Below the pieces are notes generated by a model. That model was given only the letters and a program-made list of their open reading frames with translations. It was not told the origin of the DNA and ran no database searches. The position numbers and the translations under genes are program-made. A stretch of 64,000 nucleotides of DNA. It comes from Candidatus Oxydemutatoraceae bacterium. Lineage in GTDB: Bacteria; Pseudomonadota; Gammaproteobacteria; Poriferisulfidales; Oxydemutatoraceae. This document shows positions 45,953-57,051 of the stretch, in pieces. The stretch is from the NCBI GenBank assembly GCA_965218975.1, contig OZ244717.1, forward strand, positions 160,001 to 224,000, read 5' to 3'. The stretch's first letter is position 1. Each line of letters starts with the position of its first letter.

Positions 45953-46816
45953 TGTACAATACCACCCCAGTGGGATTCTTGCAGAGCTTTGTGGGAAGCA
46001 TTCGGCAACAACATTCGGATCGGTGCTTGCTGTCCGTTGCCGGGTGAGACGCGCCTGGAAAACCGATCGGTTTTCAGCGGCGAACGACCCGACAAAGACG
46101 TCGGGGCTGGCGCTCATTGACAGAACCAGGTCTCGTCATGGACGACAGGCACTTTGCTGAGCATTTACCAACAAACACAAAACGGTTTCATCAGCTCAAA
46201 AACTTTACTGCTGCCGAAATTCTGCCCGGCGCAGGCGTTTGATTTCACGCTGAATCGGTTGTGGCCAGATCCGCCGACATCTCTTACGCGGCGCCGGCCG
46301 CGGGCATCGAGGTGCTGCAGGATACGGCGCATCTTATCGGGGGCTGCGGCGATGATGCGCCCGATAGTCGAGACGCTGGGGGTGGTCAGGCCGTGGCGCT
46401 CGCACCACGGCTCAAGCAACTTCTGCACCGGCTGTTTACCTAAGTTCGGATACCGCTCGCGCAGACGGCGGATTGCTTGCACCAAACCGGATGGGCACCG
46501 CGCCTGCCGTCGGCGATGCGGTGCGGTCGAACGCGGCGCCAGTGCCGCTACGTTGTGTCCGGCTTCCCTCAAGGTCTGCCGCCACCGATACAAGGTACGG
46601 CGACTGACTTTGAATGCATCGCAGGCAGCGGCTATGCCATGGTTTTCCTGGAAGGTGAGAATTTTGAGTCGTTGTTTTGCATCGTAAGTCATAGTATCCC
46701 AACTATGCCCGATTTTAGCGACCCGGTAAAACCCCCGGATTCGATAGCCTATGTGTTGGATTTGCAAGGCTGCTTCTCCTGTCGGCAGGAGTGCCAAATG
46801 TTTCTGAGCTTATGCA
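45953..46816 (-). mobile_element. IS481-like relic D, chimera of two related IS, one nested unit
   Basis: Family-1 end and fragment to ~46293, then a divergent transposase N-terminus (SRRTLYRW, PSVSTIGR) ending in a TGCATAAGCTCAGAAACAT-type end. Confidence 0.75.
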
Positions 46817-47544
46817 CCCTTTAGCGTACGCGCTACAACCCATACTTCAACGATATCAATTCCGGCCGTATTCAGCAATCGGGCAATTTCATTAACCGTC
46901 GCACCAGTAGTCATCACGTCATCAACAATGGCAACGTGTCGGGCAAAAGGTTTATGGTGCAATTGATAAGCGCCCCGAGCATTATGCAAACGATATTTTG
47001 CCGTCAATGCGGTTTGCGGTTGACGATCGCAGATTTTACGCACGCATGACGCATCCATCCGAATGCCAAAATGGTGCGCCAACAGCTTGGCGATTTCATA
47101 CGCTTGGTTAAACCCTCGTTGCGACAAACGCTTCCGATGTAACGGTACCGGTATTAATATATCCGGCAAAGTCACCCCCAGCTGTTTTAATCGCCATGCC
47201 ATTAACTGTGCAATGGTGCGTACATCAACATAGCGTCCATGATACTTCACTCCTCGAATTAAATAATCAATCGGCGACCGATATGCAAATGCTGCAATTG
47301 CACGTGCGAATTCCGGCGGCTGAGTTAGGCATTTCCCGCAGACCGAATGCTGCCGGAACATCTCAGGCAGCAATGACATTGCACAAATTTCACAACTATG
47401 ATCAAGACACGGCAAGTCGTACCGACACGTCTCGCATAGACCGAATCCGGGTAACGTCTTACCAAGGCACAGTAAGCACGGCGATACAAACACGTGGTCC
47501 AGCACTACTCTGATCCATGTACGTAAGCGCTTCATGTTTGACAC
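46810..47544 (-). CDS. comF: ComF-family phosphoribosyltransferase-like protein
   Basis: CxxC motifs, RGFNQA, VDDVMTTGAT; divergent from bioB. Confidence 0.9.
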   Translation of the reverse strand: MSNMKRLRTWIRVVLDHVFVSPCLLCLGKTLPGFGLCETCRYDLPCLDHSCEICAMSLLPEMFRQHSVCGKCLTQPPEFARAIAAFAYRSPIDYLIRGVKYHGRYVDVRTIAQLMAWRLKQLGVTLPDILIPVPLHRKRLSQRGFNQAYEIAKLLAHHFGIRMDASCVRKICDRQPQTALTAKYRLHNARGAYQLHHKPFARHVAIVDDVMTTGATVNEIARLLNTAGIDIVEVWVVARTLKGA

Positions 47545-47591
47545 ATCCGCTAGTAACGATAGACTAACAGATTAAATATTTTTAACTTGCG

Positions 47592-48596
47592 ATGGCAACC
47601 GAAAATCCGACAACTTCTATAGATGATGAATCCCTCATTCGTCACGATTGGACAAATGAGGAAACGATCGCATTGCTGGAGCAGCCGTTTAATGATTTGT
47701 TGGCTCAAGCGCACAACGCCCACCGTCGCTTTCACGACCCTAACAAAATACAGATTAGCACTTTGCTTTCGGTGAAAACCGGTAACTGTCCGGAAGATTG
47801 CGCATACTGTCCGCAAAGCGTGCACTACAAAACCGATGTCGGGGTGGAAAAGCTTTTGACTACCGACGAGGTGACCGCTGCAGCGAAACGCGCCAAACAA
47901 GCCGGCGCCGAACGCTTTTGTATGGGCGCCGCATGGCGACAACCCACGAACCGCAACCTTGAAAGCATTGCTAAAATGGTGCAGGCGGTGAAACAGCTCG
48001 GACTCGAAACTTGTGCGACTTTGGGTATGCTCAGCGAGGGTCAAGCACAACATCTGTTTGAATCCGGTTTGAATTATTACAATCATAACCTTGATACTTC
48101 TCCCGAGTTTTACGGCACGGTTATCACAACACGCACTTACCAGGAGCGCTTGGACACACTGGAAAATGTTCGTCGCGCCAACTTAAAGGTTTGCTGCGGT
48201 GGGATTCTTGGCATGGGAGAATCCCGCAACGACCGTGCCAGCCTGTTAATGCAACTTGCCAACTTGCCGCAACATCCCGAATCGGTGCCGATAAATATGC
48301 TGGTGCAAGTTAAAGGAACCCCTCTGTATCAACAGGTGCCGGAGCTTGACCCTCTTGAGTTTATTCGCACAGTCGCCGTCGGTAGGATACTGATGCCACG
48401 CGCATGGATACGCTTATCCGCCGGACGGCAGGCAATGTCCGACGAAATGCAGGCTTTCTGCTTTTTTGCGGGGGCAAACTCAGTTTTTTACGGTGAAACA
48501 CTCCTGACGACGCCAAACGTCGATGTCGAACGCGACTTAGACTTATTTAAGCGGCTCGGTATCAAAGGGCCACGACGGCCTGATAACATTAATTGA
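47592..48596 (+). CDS. bioB: Biotin synthase
   Basis: [18 protein letters not shown]. Confidence 0.96.
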   Translation: MATENPTTSIDDESLIRHDWTNEETIALLEQPFNDLLAQAHNAHRRFHDPNKIQISTLLSVKTGNCPEDCAYCPQSVHYKTDVGVEKLLTTDEVTAAAKRAKQAGAERFCMGAAWRQPTNRNLESIAKMVQAVKQLGLETCATLGMLSEGQAQHLFESGLNYYNHNLDTSPEFYGTVITTRTYQERLDTLENVRRANLKVCCGGILGMGESRNDRASLLMQLANLPQHPESVPINMLVQVKGTPLYQQVPELDPLEFIRTVAVGRILMPRAWIRLSAGRQAMSDEMQAFCFFAGANSVFYGETLLTTPNVDVERDLDLFKRLGIKGPRRPDNIN

Positions 48597-48601
48597 TCAG
48601 A

Positions 48602-49792
48602 ATGAAAAGTGTACGCCGGCATCTTGATGCAATAAAATATGCTGGCTTATATCGCACCCGCAATCTTTGCGATAGCAAAACTCACACGCACCGCATTATT
48701 AACCGCCGTGAAGTTGTTTCCTTTTGTAGTAACGATTACCTCGGACTTGCATCCGATCCGCGGGTGGTGCGCGCATTGCAAAAAGGCGCTGAGGATTTTG
48801 GCGTCGGTAGTGGCGCATCGTATTTAATCAACGGTTACACACGCGCACATGAAGCACTTGAAACCAAACTTGCGACATTGACCGGACGCGATCGCGCGCT
48901 ACTGTTCTCTACCGGTTTCATGGCAAACTTAGGTGTGATACACGCATTGGTAAGACGTGGTGAAGCCGTGTTGCAAGATCGATTAAGCCACGCATCATTG
49001 ATTGACGGTGCGCAGCTTGCCCAAGCAAAGCTCAAGCGTTACGCACACGGCGACCCTACCGCATTGGACGCTTTGCTTGTCGGCACCACCGGTACTTTTG
49101 TTGCAACCGATACGGTGTTTAGTATGGACGGCGACATCGCACCATTGATCGAGCTTGCGGATGTTTGCGGCAAACATCAGGCAGTGTTGCTGGTAGATGA
49201 TGCGCATGGTTTCGGGATTTTTGGGAACAACGGGAGCGGTACTGTTGCGCAGCACCGGCTTAACCAAACGCAAGTGCCGATTCTAATCGGTACTTTTGGC
49301 AAAGCATGCGGCACTTTTGGTGCGTTTGTCGCCGGGGACGAAGCACTGATTGAAACGTTGGTACAACAGGCGCGCACTTACATCTATACGACCGCACTAC
49401 CCGCGGCGGTTGCTTGCGCAACATTGCGAAGTTTGGAGATTATCGCTGCCGAACCGGAACGACGCGAATGGCTGCATGAAAACATCACATTATTTAGGCA
49501 ATGTGCCGCTGATGCTGATTTACCAACTCATTCACAAACTGCAATACAGCCGATTATTGTTCACGATGCGCGGCTTGCAGTTGCCATCAGCAGCGCACTA
49601 TTCAACGATGGCATTCAGGTCAGCGCCATTCGTCCGCCGACCGTTGCCGAAGGTATGGCGCGTTTGCGCATTACTCTGTCAAGCCAGCATACCAAACAAG
49701 ACATCCGGCGATTGGTTCAAAGCTTGGCACTTCATTACCGAAATTTTGTCACCAAGACGACAACGCATCCGAATAAACATTCGATAACTTGA
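48602..49792 (+). CDS. bioF: 8-amino-7-oxononanoate synthase
   Basis: SNDYLGL, HASLIDG, DDAHG, IRPPTV. Confidence 0.95.
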   Translation: MKSVRRHLDAIKYAGLYRTRNLCDSKTHTHRIINRREVVSFCSNDYLGLASDPRVVRALQKGAEDFGVGSGASYLINGYTRAHEALETKLATLTGRDRALLFSTGFMANLGVIHALVRRGEAVLQDRLSHASLIDGAQLAQAKLKRYAHGDPTALDALLVGTTGTFVATDTVFSMDGDIAPLIELADVCGKHQAVLLVDDAHGFGIFGNNGSGTVAQHRLNQTQVPILIGTFGKACGTFGAFVAGDEALIETLVQQARTYIYTTALPAAVACATLRSLEIIAAEPERREWLHENITLFRQCAADADLPTHSQTAIQPIIVHDARLAVAISSALFNDGIQVSAIRPPTVAEGMARLRITLSSQHTKQDIRRLVQSLALHYRNFVTKTTTHPNKHSIT

Positions 49793-50167
49793 GATACGGA
49801 TCACATCCGAAAACAAGAGCAAGCCCGGAAGAGCTATGTATTCAACTTAGGGGGGGAGAGACAAACCTTATGTTTCAATCATTTGGTATACAATATCCGA
49901 AATGTAGATGGGCATAAGCCTGTATGCACCAAATACGGATGTACGGAGAAAGAGACTCCTCATAATAAAGTCGGTGATTATCTATGTAGGGTGTGTAGAA
50001 TCTATTTTAATTTTTTCATTAGCATGTCGCTTGAGAAAATAAAGTAGATGTTAGATCAAATGACCGGATATTGATATCTCAGAGCATAAGGTTGAAGATG
50101 ATGACGAAATCTAATGTTTTTCTGCGCTTGGCACGCTGAATTTTGGAATGCCCCATATAGAATTGGC

Positions 50168-50297
50168 ATGTCGCATCTTGATCATTTAAAGCGGTTTTAT
50201 GCCCTTCTTGATCTGCTCGAGAAACGACTCGGTGGCGCTCGCCAACTGTCCGGTTGCTCTTGTAGTATGTCATGGCCGAAGCGCGGTGTCTATTTCT
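50168..50297 (+). pseudogene. N-terminus of a hypothetical protein truncated by IS relic E
   Basis: MSHLDHLKRFYALLDLLEKRLGGARQL...WPKRGVYF stops at the IS end. Confidence 0.5.
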
Positions 50298-51469
50298 TGT
50301 ACGATGCCACCCTAAAAGGGATTCTTGAAGGGCTTCGGGGAAAGCGTTCGGCAGTAACATTTGAATCGGTGCTTTCTGTCCGTTGCCGACATGAGGGCGG
50401 TGCAGGGTGAGACGCGCCCGGAAAACCGATCGGTTTTCAACGGCGAACGACCCGACAAGGACGTCGGGGCTGGCGCTCATTGACAGAACCAAATCTCGTC
50501 ATGGACGACAGGCACTTTGCTGAGCATTCACCAACAAACACAAAACGGCTTCATAACCGATCATTGAATGCTTCCGTATCGGTAAATAGCAAGTTTTCCG
50601 CATGATCAATACAATCCTCCTGGACGATACGATTGAAGCGCTCGATGTGCGCGTTCATTTTTGGACACTTGGGATAGGTCAGCCACTGCTCAATCACGGG
50701 TGATTCCCGGATGAGCCGGGCAAACTATCCTTGAAACTCACTCCCGCCGTCCGTCAGGGTGAGACGCGCTCGGAAAACCGATCGGTTTTCAGCGGCTAAC
50801 GACCCGACAAGGACGTCGGGGCTGGCGCTCATTGACAGAACCAAGTCTCGTCATGGACGACAAGCACTTTGCCAGGTTGCGGCAGTACCGACACTATACA
50901 CGCCAGGGTCAGGCGCAGGAATGCGGCAGCACTACGGCTGTTACAGCGGTTGGTTGCCACTGCTATTGCCATTCGGGTATAGACATTGATGCCCGTTAAG
51001 ACGTAGCGGCGCACTCCGTGCTGATAACACACAGTATCCAGGGCGATGCAATGCCCCGGATACTGTGCTTTGAAGTGTTTCGGCTTGCGTGCCCTGCAAC
51101 GGCGCTTGAACAGTCGTTTTGTTTGTCCTTTGGCATTCAGCCGCTGCGGAATACAGCGCATTTTATCCGGCGCATCTGCGGTCAGGCGCGCAATTGTGCG
51201 GACACTTGGGCAGAGCAGCTGGTGGCGATGGCAAAACGGTTTCATCAGCTCAAAGACTTTATTGCTGCCGAGATTCGCCAAAGCTGTCAAAATTCTGCCC
51301 GGCGTAGGCGTTTGATTTCATGCTGAATCGCCTGCGGCCAGATCCGCCGACGCCTCTTGCGCGGCGCTTTGCCGCGGTCATACAAGGCGCTGAGTCCAGT
51401 GCGGCGATAACGTCTGCGCCAGCGGTACAAAGTGCTGCGACCGACCTTGAATGCGTTCGGGGGTTACAA
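50298..51469 (-). mobile_element. IS481-like relic E with two nested units
   Basis: TGTACGATGCCACC end; fragments with PGHCIALDTV, TDGGSEF, ERFNR and HTH; second end missing. Confidence 0.8.
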
Positions 51470-51608
51470 CCGGAGAGGAGTTGATATGTTCCTTGCTAAA
51501 TTAAGATATTTCTCCTCCGCCTAGCATGATCGGAAGATCTTTTGCAAGGGCATCGCGGGGGCAACTACGTACTGAACGCACATAGTCCGTGTGCAGCCGT
51601 TACATCTT

Positions 51609-52562
51609 TCAGTAGAATACGCGGGCCATCCCTGCTATCGCTTTGCGCAGGGCGTGTTCAACCGGGGGCTCGGATTGACTGTGGCCGGCGGCTCCGGCGT
51701 AAACCACTTTGCTTGCAGACCAGTGTCTCGATAGATGATACGCTGTTTCGGGCGGACATAGAAGATCGTAGCGGGATTGGACAATCACGCCACAAATATT
51801 GTTAAGGCGTGAGGCATGCTTGATTAACTGGTTTGTCTCCAAAAAGCAGCGGTTCGAAAAATAGTGTGCTTCCATACGCGGAGTTGCAGGCTGTGGAAAA
51901 TCTGTATTCAACAATGCCGAAAAATTACTCGGGAATGCGGGTAAGGTTGGTTCTAGATGGGATAGGGCGCGCTCATAATCGTGCCATATATAACTGGCTG
52001 GCAGCGCAATTTCCGGATCACTATGTAAAATACGCCGATAATAAGATTGCATCGGGTTTTGTCTTTCTTCTTCCGGTAATAAGGCGATAAATCTCCGATA
52101 CAGTTCCGGATAGAATATCTGCGGCAATGTGACAAACGCCTGCAACAGCTCCTCACCACTACCTAGGAACGTGGAACGCAAAACAATGCCTGCAACTACC
52201 TGCGGGTACGCCTCAGCGTAAGCAATCGCAAGCAACGCCCCCCATGAGCCACCGACCACAAACCAGCGTTTAACTCCTATCTGTCGGCGAATTAATTCAA
52301 GATCGGCAAGTAAATGCATAGTGGTATTTTTCTCCAAAGCGCCTTTAGGGGCACTTTCTCCGGCGCCTCTTTGATCGGGCGCAATCACGCGAAAACGATT
52401 CAGGTTAAACAGACGACATAGCGAAGGACGACAACCGCTACCCGGGCCGCCATGGAGAAATACGACGGGAATTCCAGTTTCGGAACCGTATTCTTTTATC
52501 GACAGGACGTGGGGAGGGTCAACCGGCAGTTTATAATGGCAACGGGGCTCAACTTCCCGCAT
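51609..52562 (-). CDS. Prolyl aminopeptidase-like alpha/beta hydrolase (S33)
   Basis: LHGGPGSG, DQRGAG, GGSWG; overlaps pqqE stop. Confidence 0.88.
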   Translation of the reverse strand: MREVEPRCHYKLPVDPPHVLSIKEYGSETGIPVVFLHGGPGSGCRPSLCRLFNLNRFRVIAPDQRGAGESAPKGALEKNTTMHLLADLELIRRQIGVKRWFVVGGSWGALLAIAYAEAYPQVVAGIVLRSTFLGSGEELLQAFVTLPQIFYPELYRRFIALLPEEERQNPMQSYYRRILHSDPEIALPASYIWHDYERALSHLEPTLPAFPSNFSALLNTDFPQPATPRMEAHYFSNRCFLETNQLIKHASRLNNICGVIVQSRYDLLCPPETAYHLSRHWSASKVVYAGAAGHSQSEPPVEHALRKAIAGMARVFY

Positions 52563-53679
52563 TTATCGCTTTAACAGGTATTCCGCTTAGACGACGATAA
52601 TCAAACTGCTTTTCCTGTTTGTTAGATTCCGTAATGGCAATATTAAGCAATTCCTGATGGTGCTCTGAAAATTCGCACGCAGGGTCCATATTGGCGGCAT
52701 CACCGGTGATCGAGAATGCCTGACAACGGCAACCGCCCCAATCTATCTCCATACGAGGGCAAGATCGACATTTTTTCGGCATCCAATCAAGTCCGCGATA
52801 CTTTTCAAACGCATCCGAATTTTCCCAGATATCCGTCAACGTGCGCTCTTTGATATTATCGAACTCAAGAGTAGTAATGCTCTCGGCAGCGTGGCAGGGC
52901 ATGATTTTGCCGGAGGGTGTGACGTTAAGAAACTGTCGTGCCCAGCCTCCCATGCAGGCTTTCGGACGTTTTGCATAATAATCCGGAACAACATAGTCAA
53001 TGACGAGAATCCCCTTGAGTCGCTCGCGTGCGGCTGTAACGACCTCTGTCGCCTGTTCCAGTTGCGTGCGTTTGGGCATCAAAGCTGCGCGATTATGGTA
53101 AGCCCAACCGTAATACTGCACATGCGCAACTTCCAGCCGCGAAGCGCGCATTTCAACGGCAAAATCAATGATCGCCGATAGATTATGGATGTTCATCTTG
53201 TGAATCGGTGCATTGATTGTCAAAGATAAATTGTGTGTTTTGACGGCTTTGGCAATCCTGATTTTTTGCGCATAGCCGTCGTGATAGCCGCCAATCCGGT
53301 TAGCGCTGTCTTCTACGCTGTCCTGTATGCTAACCTGTACATGCTTTAGTCCCAACCCGGCAAGACGAGCGATGCGTTCATCATTGAGTAATACACCCGA
53401 AGTGATTAGGTTACTGTAAAGCCCCATCCCTTCGGCAGTTGCCACTAGCTGTTCAAGGTCTTTACGCACCGCCGGTTCGCCGCCGGAAAAATGCACTTGC
53501 AAAATCCCCATGTCCCGTGCCTGTATAAGTAAGTTGATCCATTGCTCAGTGGTTAGTTCGTTTGAGCGCCGTTCGAGCTGCATCGGATTGGAACAATACG
53601 GACATTGCAGAGGACAGCGGTGCGTTAATTCGCACAGGATCGAAACAGGCATCCCTATTGTCCGGTCACGCTGGCTCAT
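52549..53679 (-). CDS. pqqE: PqqA peptide cyclase (radical SAM)
   Basis: CPLQCPYCSNP, PKACMGGW, GGCRCQA. Confidence 0.96.
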   Translation of the reverse strand: MSQRDRTIGMPVSILCELTHRCPLQCPYCSNPMQLERRSNELTTEQWINLLIQARDMGILQVHFSGGEPAVRKDLEQLVATAEGMGLYSNLITSGVLLNDERIARLAGLGLKHVQVSIQDSVEDSANRIGGYHDGYAQKIRIAKAVKTHNLSLTINAPIHKMNIHNLSAIIDFAVEMRASRLEVAHVQYYGWAYHNRAALMPKRTQLEQATEVVTAARERLKGILVIDYVVPDYYAKRPKACMGGWARQFLNVTPSGKIMPCHAAESITTLEFDNIKERTLTDIWENSDAFEKYRGLDWMPKKCRSCPRMEIDWGGCRCQAFSITGDAANMDPACEFSEHHQELLNIAITESNKQEKQFDYRRLSGIPVKAINAGS

Positions 53680-54710
53680 ATCTGTATAAAATCCTTATCT
53701 GCGAGGTCCTGCAGCAGAAAGATGATGTCATTACGAATCTGTTCAATCGGAGCATCATAAGTCCGGGCCAGGTCGTCCGAAATTTGTGCGACCGTTGATT
53801 GACCGTTACATAAACGCAATATATTCAGTGCCACCTCGTCCGGTTCCAGTAGACGTTCCGGAGCAAGCAATACCCAACGATCACGCGCTTTGTCATGATG
53901 TAATTTGATGTGACCGGGTAGCAATGGTGCCGATTCTTCCGATACCATATCACGCTGCCTATCTTTGTTGAAAGCAGCGGGATCAAAACAATCGGGTGCA
54001 ATAAATCCGGGCTCAACGTAAGCGAAATAAAGTGCATCGAGTTGGCTCCATAAAACATCACACTTGAAGCGCAACGCGTCCAATACACCCTGCTGTTGAT
54101 CAATGGTACGTGCATTATCAAGCACGTAACTCAATGCCCATTCAACGTCACGGCGCGCCTGCATTAACCTCGGCTTAAAGTAAGCCAATGTCTTCTCTGT
54201 CACAAAATCATAGTTAGCCAGCATCCCGCTCATACGTTCGGAAATGATCTGCGGTGAAAATATCTCGGTTAACGACGATGCTACCGCGTCGAGCAAAGGC
54301 ATATCGGACACAAAATGGACGTAAGCTTCCACAGCAAACTTTGTCGCCGGTAGTGCACCTTTGCGCGAAATAACGTAATCACGTTCAAGCCCCAGATCTG
54401 AGCTTAGCTGCAACCACCGCTCAATGCCTCCTTCGCCGGCCTTGTCTCCATCATGATCTACGATCCTGGTCCGCCATGCCTGCCTCAGCTCGTGGCTGGG
54501 AAGTTTTGCCATTAGCAATGCATCTTTGATCGGGATTGCAGCCTGATAGCAATAACGATTCAATGCCCATGCCTGCACTTGCCCTTTGCTGAGTTTGCCG
54601 TTGTGAAGAAGTTGATGAAAAGGGTGCTTGTTATGATAATAGTCAGCACCTATCTTACGTAGGCTTTGTTCAAGCTGTTTCCGGCTTACAACCCGACTTA
54701 AATCAGCCAT
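53676..54710 (-). CDS. pqqC: PqqC-PqqD fusion
   Basis: YHNKHPFH...DHDG PqqC domain followed in frame by WVLLAPER PqqD domain; ATG overlaps pqqB stop. Confidence 0.9.
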   Translation of the reverse strand: MADLSRVVSRKQLEQSLRKIGADYYHNKHPFHQLLHNGKLSKGQVQAWALNRYCYQAAIPIKDALLMAKLPSHELRQAWRTRIVDHDGDKAGEGGIERWLQLSSDLGLERDYVISRKGALPATKFAVEAYVHFVSDMPLLDAVASSLTEIFSPQIISERMSGMLANYDFVTEKTLAYFKPRLMQARRDVEWALSYVLDNARTIDQQQGVLDALRFKCDVLWSQLDALYFAYVEPGFIAPDCFDPAAFNKDRQRDMVSEESAPLLPGHIKLHHDKARDRWVLLAPERLLEPDEVALNILRLCNGQSTVAQISDDLARTYDAPIEQIRNDIIFLLQDLADKDFIQI

Positions 54711-55639
54711 TACAGATTCACCAACATACCGTCCGCGGAAACTTCCCATCCCGCTGCTTCAACGATTCGTCGCTCATGAGAATCATTCAATAAGACCGGA
54801 TTGGTATTATTAATATGAATGTAGATTTTCCGCTGCACGTCGATATCCCTGAATCCTGCCAGCGAACCATCGTTGCCACTCATGCTGATATGCCCCATAC
54901 GTTTACCGGTTTTATGCCCGACGCCCATTGTAATCATTTCGTCGTCGCGGAATAAAGTACCGTCAAAAAAAACAAGGGCGGCGCCGTCAAGCCGCTCTCT
55001 AAGCGAGTCGCTAAGAGCGGCGCATCCGGGGATATAATAAAAAGAAGTTTCATTGCGGAGGTCTTTGACGTGTAGGCCGACCGTGTCGCCTTCGCGAGTG
55101 CCAAAGTTATTGCCCTGACTTTGTTGTTCCATAAAAAGGGCCACTTTGCCGGGTACTGTAAAAGCTTCTATTCCAAGTCCAAGCTGTTGGCTCTGCGGAC
55201 CGGTAAGTGAAAAAGGATTATTCAGAGCAAAAGTGTCGCGTTCTACGTAGTCCGGATTCAGCACGTTGAATACCGTGTTCGTTTCAAGAATATTATGTAC
55301 TCTGTCGGATGCATAAATACGGAACGGAGTGCTTTCTCTCATCGTCAAAAGCCCGGCAATATGATCAATATCGCCGTTCGTCAAAACAACGGCTTTAATC
55401 GGGCTGCTCCTGAGACCGTCGCAAGGATGTAGTTGTTGGGTTTGATTGATCTGCTGACGCAGATCAGGAGAGCAGTTCAGCAGAGCAAAATGTTCCCCGT
55501 CCGTCGTTACTGCAATAGATGACTGAGTTCTCGATTCAGCTAAAGTACTGCCCTCTCTTGCGAGACAGCAGTACTCTGAGCGACAATTCCATTGAGGGAA
55601 ACCGCCACCTGCTGCCGAACCCACCACAATAATCTGCAT
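54710..55639 (-). CDS. pqqB: PQQ biosynthesis protein B
   Basis: GSAAGGGFPQWNC, RTQSSI, HINNTNP. Confidence 0.96.
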   Translation of the reverse strand: MQIIVVGSAAGGGFPQWNCRSEYCCLAREGSTLAESRTQSSIAVTTDGEHFALLNCSPDLRQQINQTQQLHPCDGLRSSPIKAVVLTNGDIDHIAGLLTMRESTPFRIYASDRVHNILETNTVFNVLNPDYVERDTFALNNPFSLTGPQSQQLGLGIEAFTVPGKVALFMEQQSQGNNFGTREGDTVGLHVKDLRNETSFYYIPGCAALSDSLRERLDGAALVFFDGTLFRDDEMITMGVGHKTGKRMGHISMSGNDGSLAGFRDIDVQRKIYIHINNTNPVLLNDSHERRIVEAAGWEVSADGMLVNL

Positions 55640-55692
55640 TTAGAGATCACCTTTTTAACCGGTGGGCTCGATTTTCTTACGTCTATTTTTAT

Positions 55693-55776
55693 TTAGGAAA
55701 TTTCAGCGCAAGCATAGCAATTGATTTCCATGCCTACGGAAGTTTCTTTAATAGATGGCGTATACCACTTTTTCAT
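55693..55776 (-). CDS. pqqA: PQQ precursor peptide (27 aa, below the ORF track cutoff)
   Basis: MKKWYTPSIKETSVGMEINCYACAEIS with ExxxY; AAGGAG RBS; directly upstream of pqqB. Confidence 0.93.
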   Translation of the reverse strand: MKKWYTPSIKETSVGMEINCYACAEIS

Positions 55777-55970
55777 ATTTTCTCTCCTTTAATATCATCT
55801 ATAGTCAATATCTTCCCTTAATTAAGGAAGAAGATGCTTATGAATTATATATGCCTTCATTTTGATGTCAACCTATCGCACGATATAAAATACCTATTGT
55901 GAAATATCCCGCACACAAGCTTGTTTAGGACCGCCAAATACATAACGACTTATCATGTCAACCGCCTCTA

Positions 55971-56357
55971 TTAGAAGCAGCGGATTTCAGCTTCGGCCTG
56001 GGATTTACGATATCTGTCAATCATTATGTTAGCCCATTCCGAGTTACGGAATATATCAACTCGGTCACTAGAAAGTTGTCTCATTCTGAGCACTGTTTCC
56101 GCTTCGACATACTCATCATACGTTATCGTTTCGGCAATAACGTCAATACTGCATGAACATTTTTCCAGCATGACCTCGGTTTGATCATTACTGCTCATAC
56201 AGGCAAATACATACTCCGCAAGCGCTCTGGTCGGAAAGTCATTGCCGGCAGCGGCAGGCTGACAGAAAATAAGCATCAGAACCGTTAAACTAACACTGCG
56301 TTTGAAGCAGACTACTTGTTTCATTTCCAACATCGCTATAACCAAACTATTCGACAA
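55971..56357 (-). CDS. Exported Cys-containing hypothetical protein of the xox cluster
   Basis: Signal peptide, NDFPT..EYVFACM, KCSCSID. Confidence 0.7.
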   Translation of the reverse strand: MSNSLVIAMLEMKQVVCFKRSVSLTVLMLIFCQPAAAGNDFPTRALAEYVFACMSSNDQTEVMLEKCSCSIDVIAETITYDEYVEAETVLRMRQLSSDRVDIFRNSEWANIMIDRYRKSQAEAEIRCF

Positions 56358-57051
56358 AGGCAGCTTCCGGTCTAACTCGGCTGAATATCATTTCAGCTCG
56401 CTCGCTGGGTTCGTCTTCGGAATTATTGCCGCCCGGAATTATCGTTTTAATACTATGGATTCCTCCCGGCACATCTTTGGACAAAAAAAATTCATAACGC
56501 TTATTCATAAAGTTGCGGTATTTATCGGTATCATCAACGCCCTTGAACGGTTCAAGTGATATATGTTTCCCCGCAATACGGTTTCCCGCATACGACAAAG
56601 TAATATCGCTACTCTTCGCCTCGTTGACAAAAGCGTTACGTATCATATAACGAAAATAATCCTGCAACACTTTGTTGGTGCTGTCCATTTTCTCCACATC
56701 CCATTGTAAAAACAGCATGATCAGCGGGTTGGACCGAAAATTCTCAATCTTGTTATATGCCCGATGGTTATCGCCGCTCAAAAATACAGGTTGTATATCT
56801 TTCCTGCCGTTTTCTTCTATATTAACAATTTCTATCGTGACCAGGTCGTTGATCTCGTTCGTATCGGAACCCGATTGGCGAAAATCATAATAAAGCGTCG
56901 CTTTACGGTCTATATTTTGTAGATGTTGGTTGGCAAACAACAACATTTGTGCTTCGCTGTAATCAGAGCTGTTTTGACCGGACAATATGCCCGGTACGAT
57001 GATTAAAGTAACGATAGCAATCCTAATCAGTAATTTTTTTAGTGGGATCAT
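56347..57051 (-). CDS. Exported hypothetical protein
   Basis: Signal peptide; overlaps both neighbours. Confidence 0.7.
   Translation of the reverse strand: MIPLKKLLIRIAIVTLIIVPGILSGQNSSDYSEAQMLLFANQHLQNIDRKATLYYDFRQSGSDTNEINDLVTIEIVNIEENGRKDIQPVFLSGDNHRAYNKIENFRSNPLIMLFLQWDVEKMDSTNKVLQDYFRYMIRNAFVNEAKSSDITLSYAGNRIAGKHISLEPFKGVDDTDKYRNFMNKRYEFFLSKDVPGGIHSIKTIIPGGNNSEDEPSERAEMIFSRVRPEAAFVE

Noticed and set aside
49800-50100. AT-rich stretch with a Cys-rich micro-frame after bioF
   Set aside because: No clear start or family; cannot be assigned.
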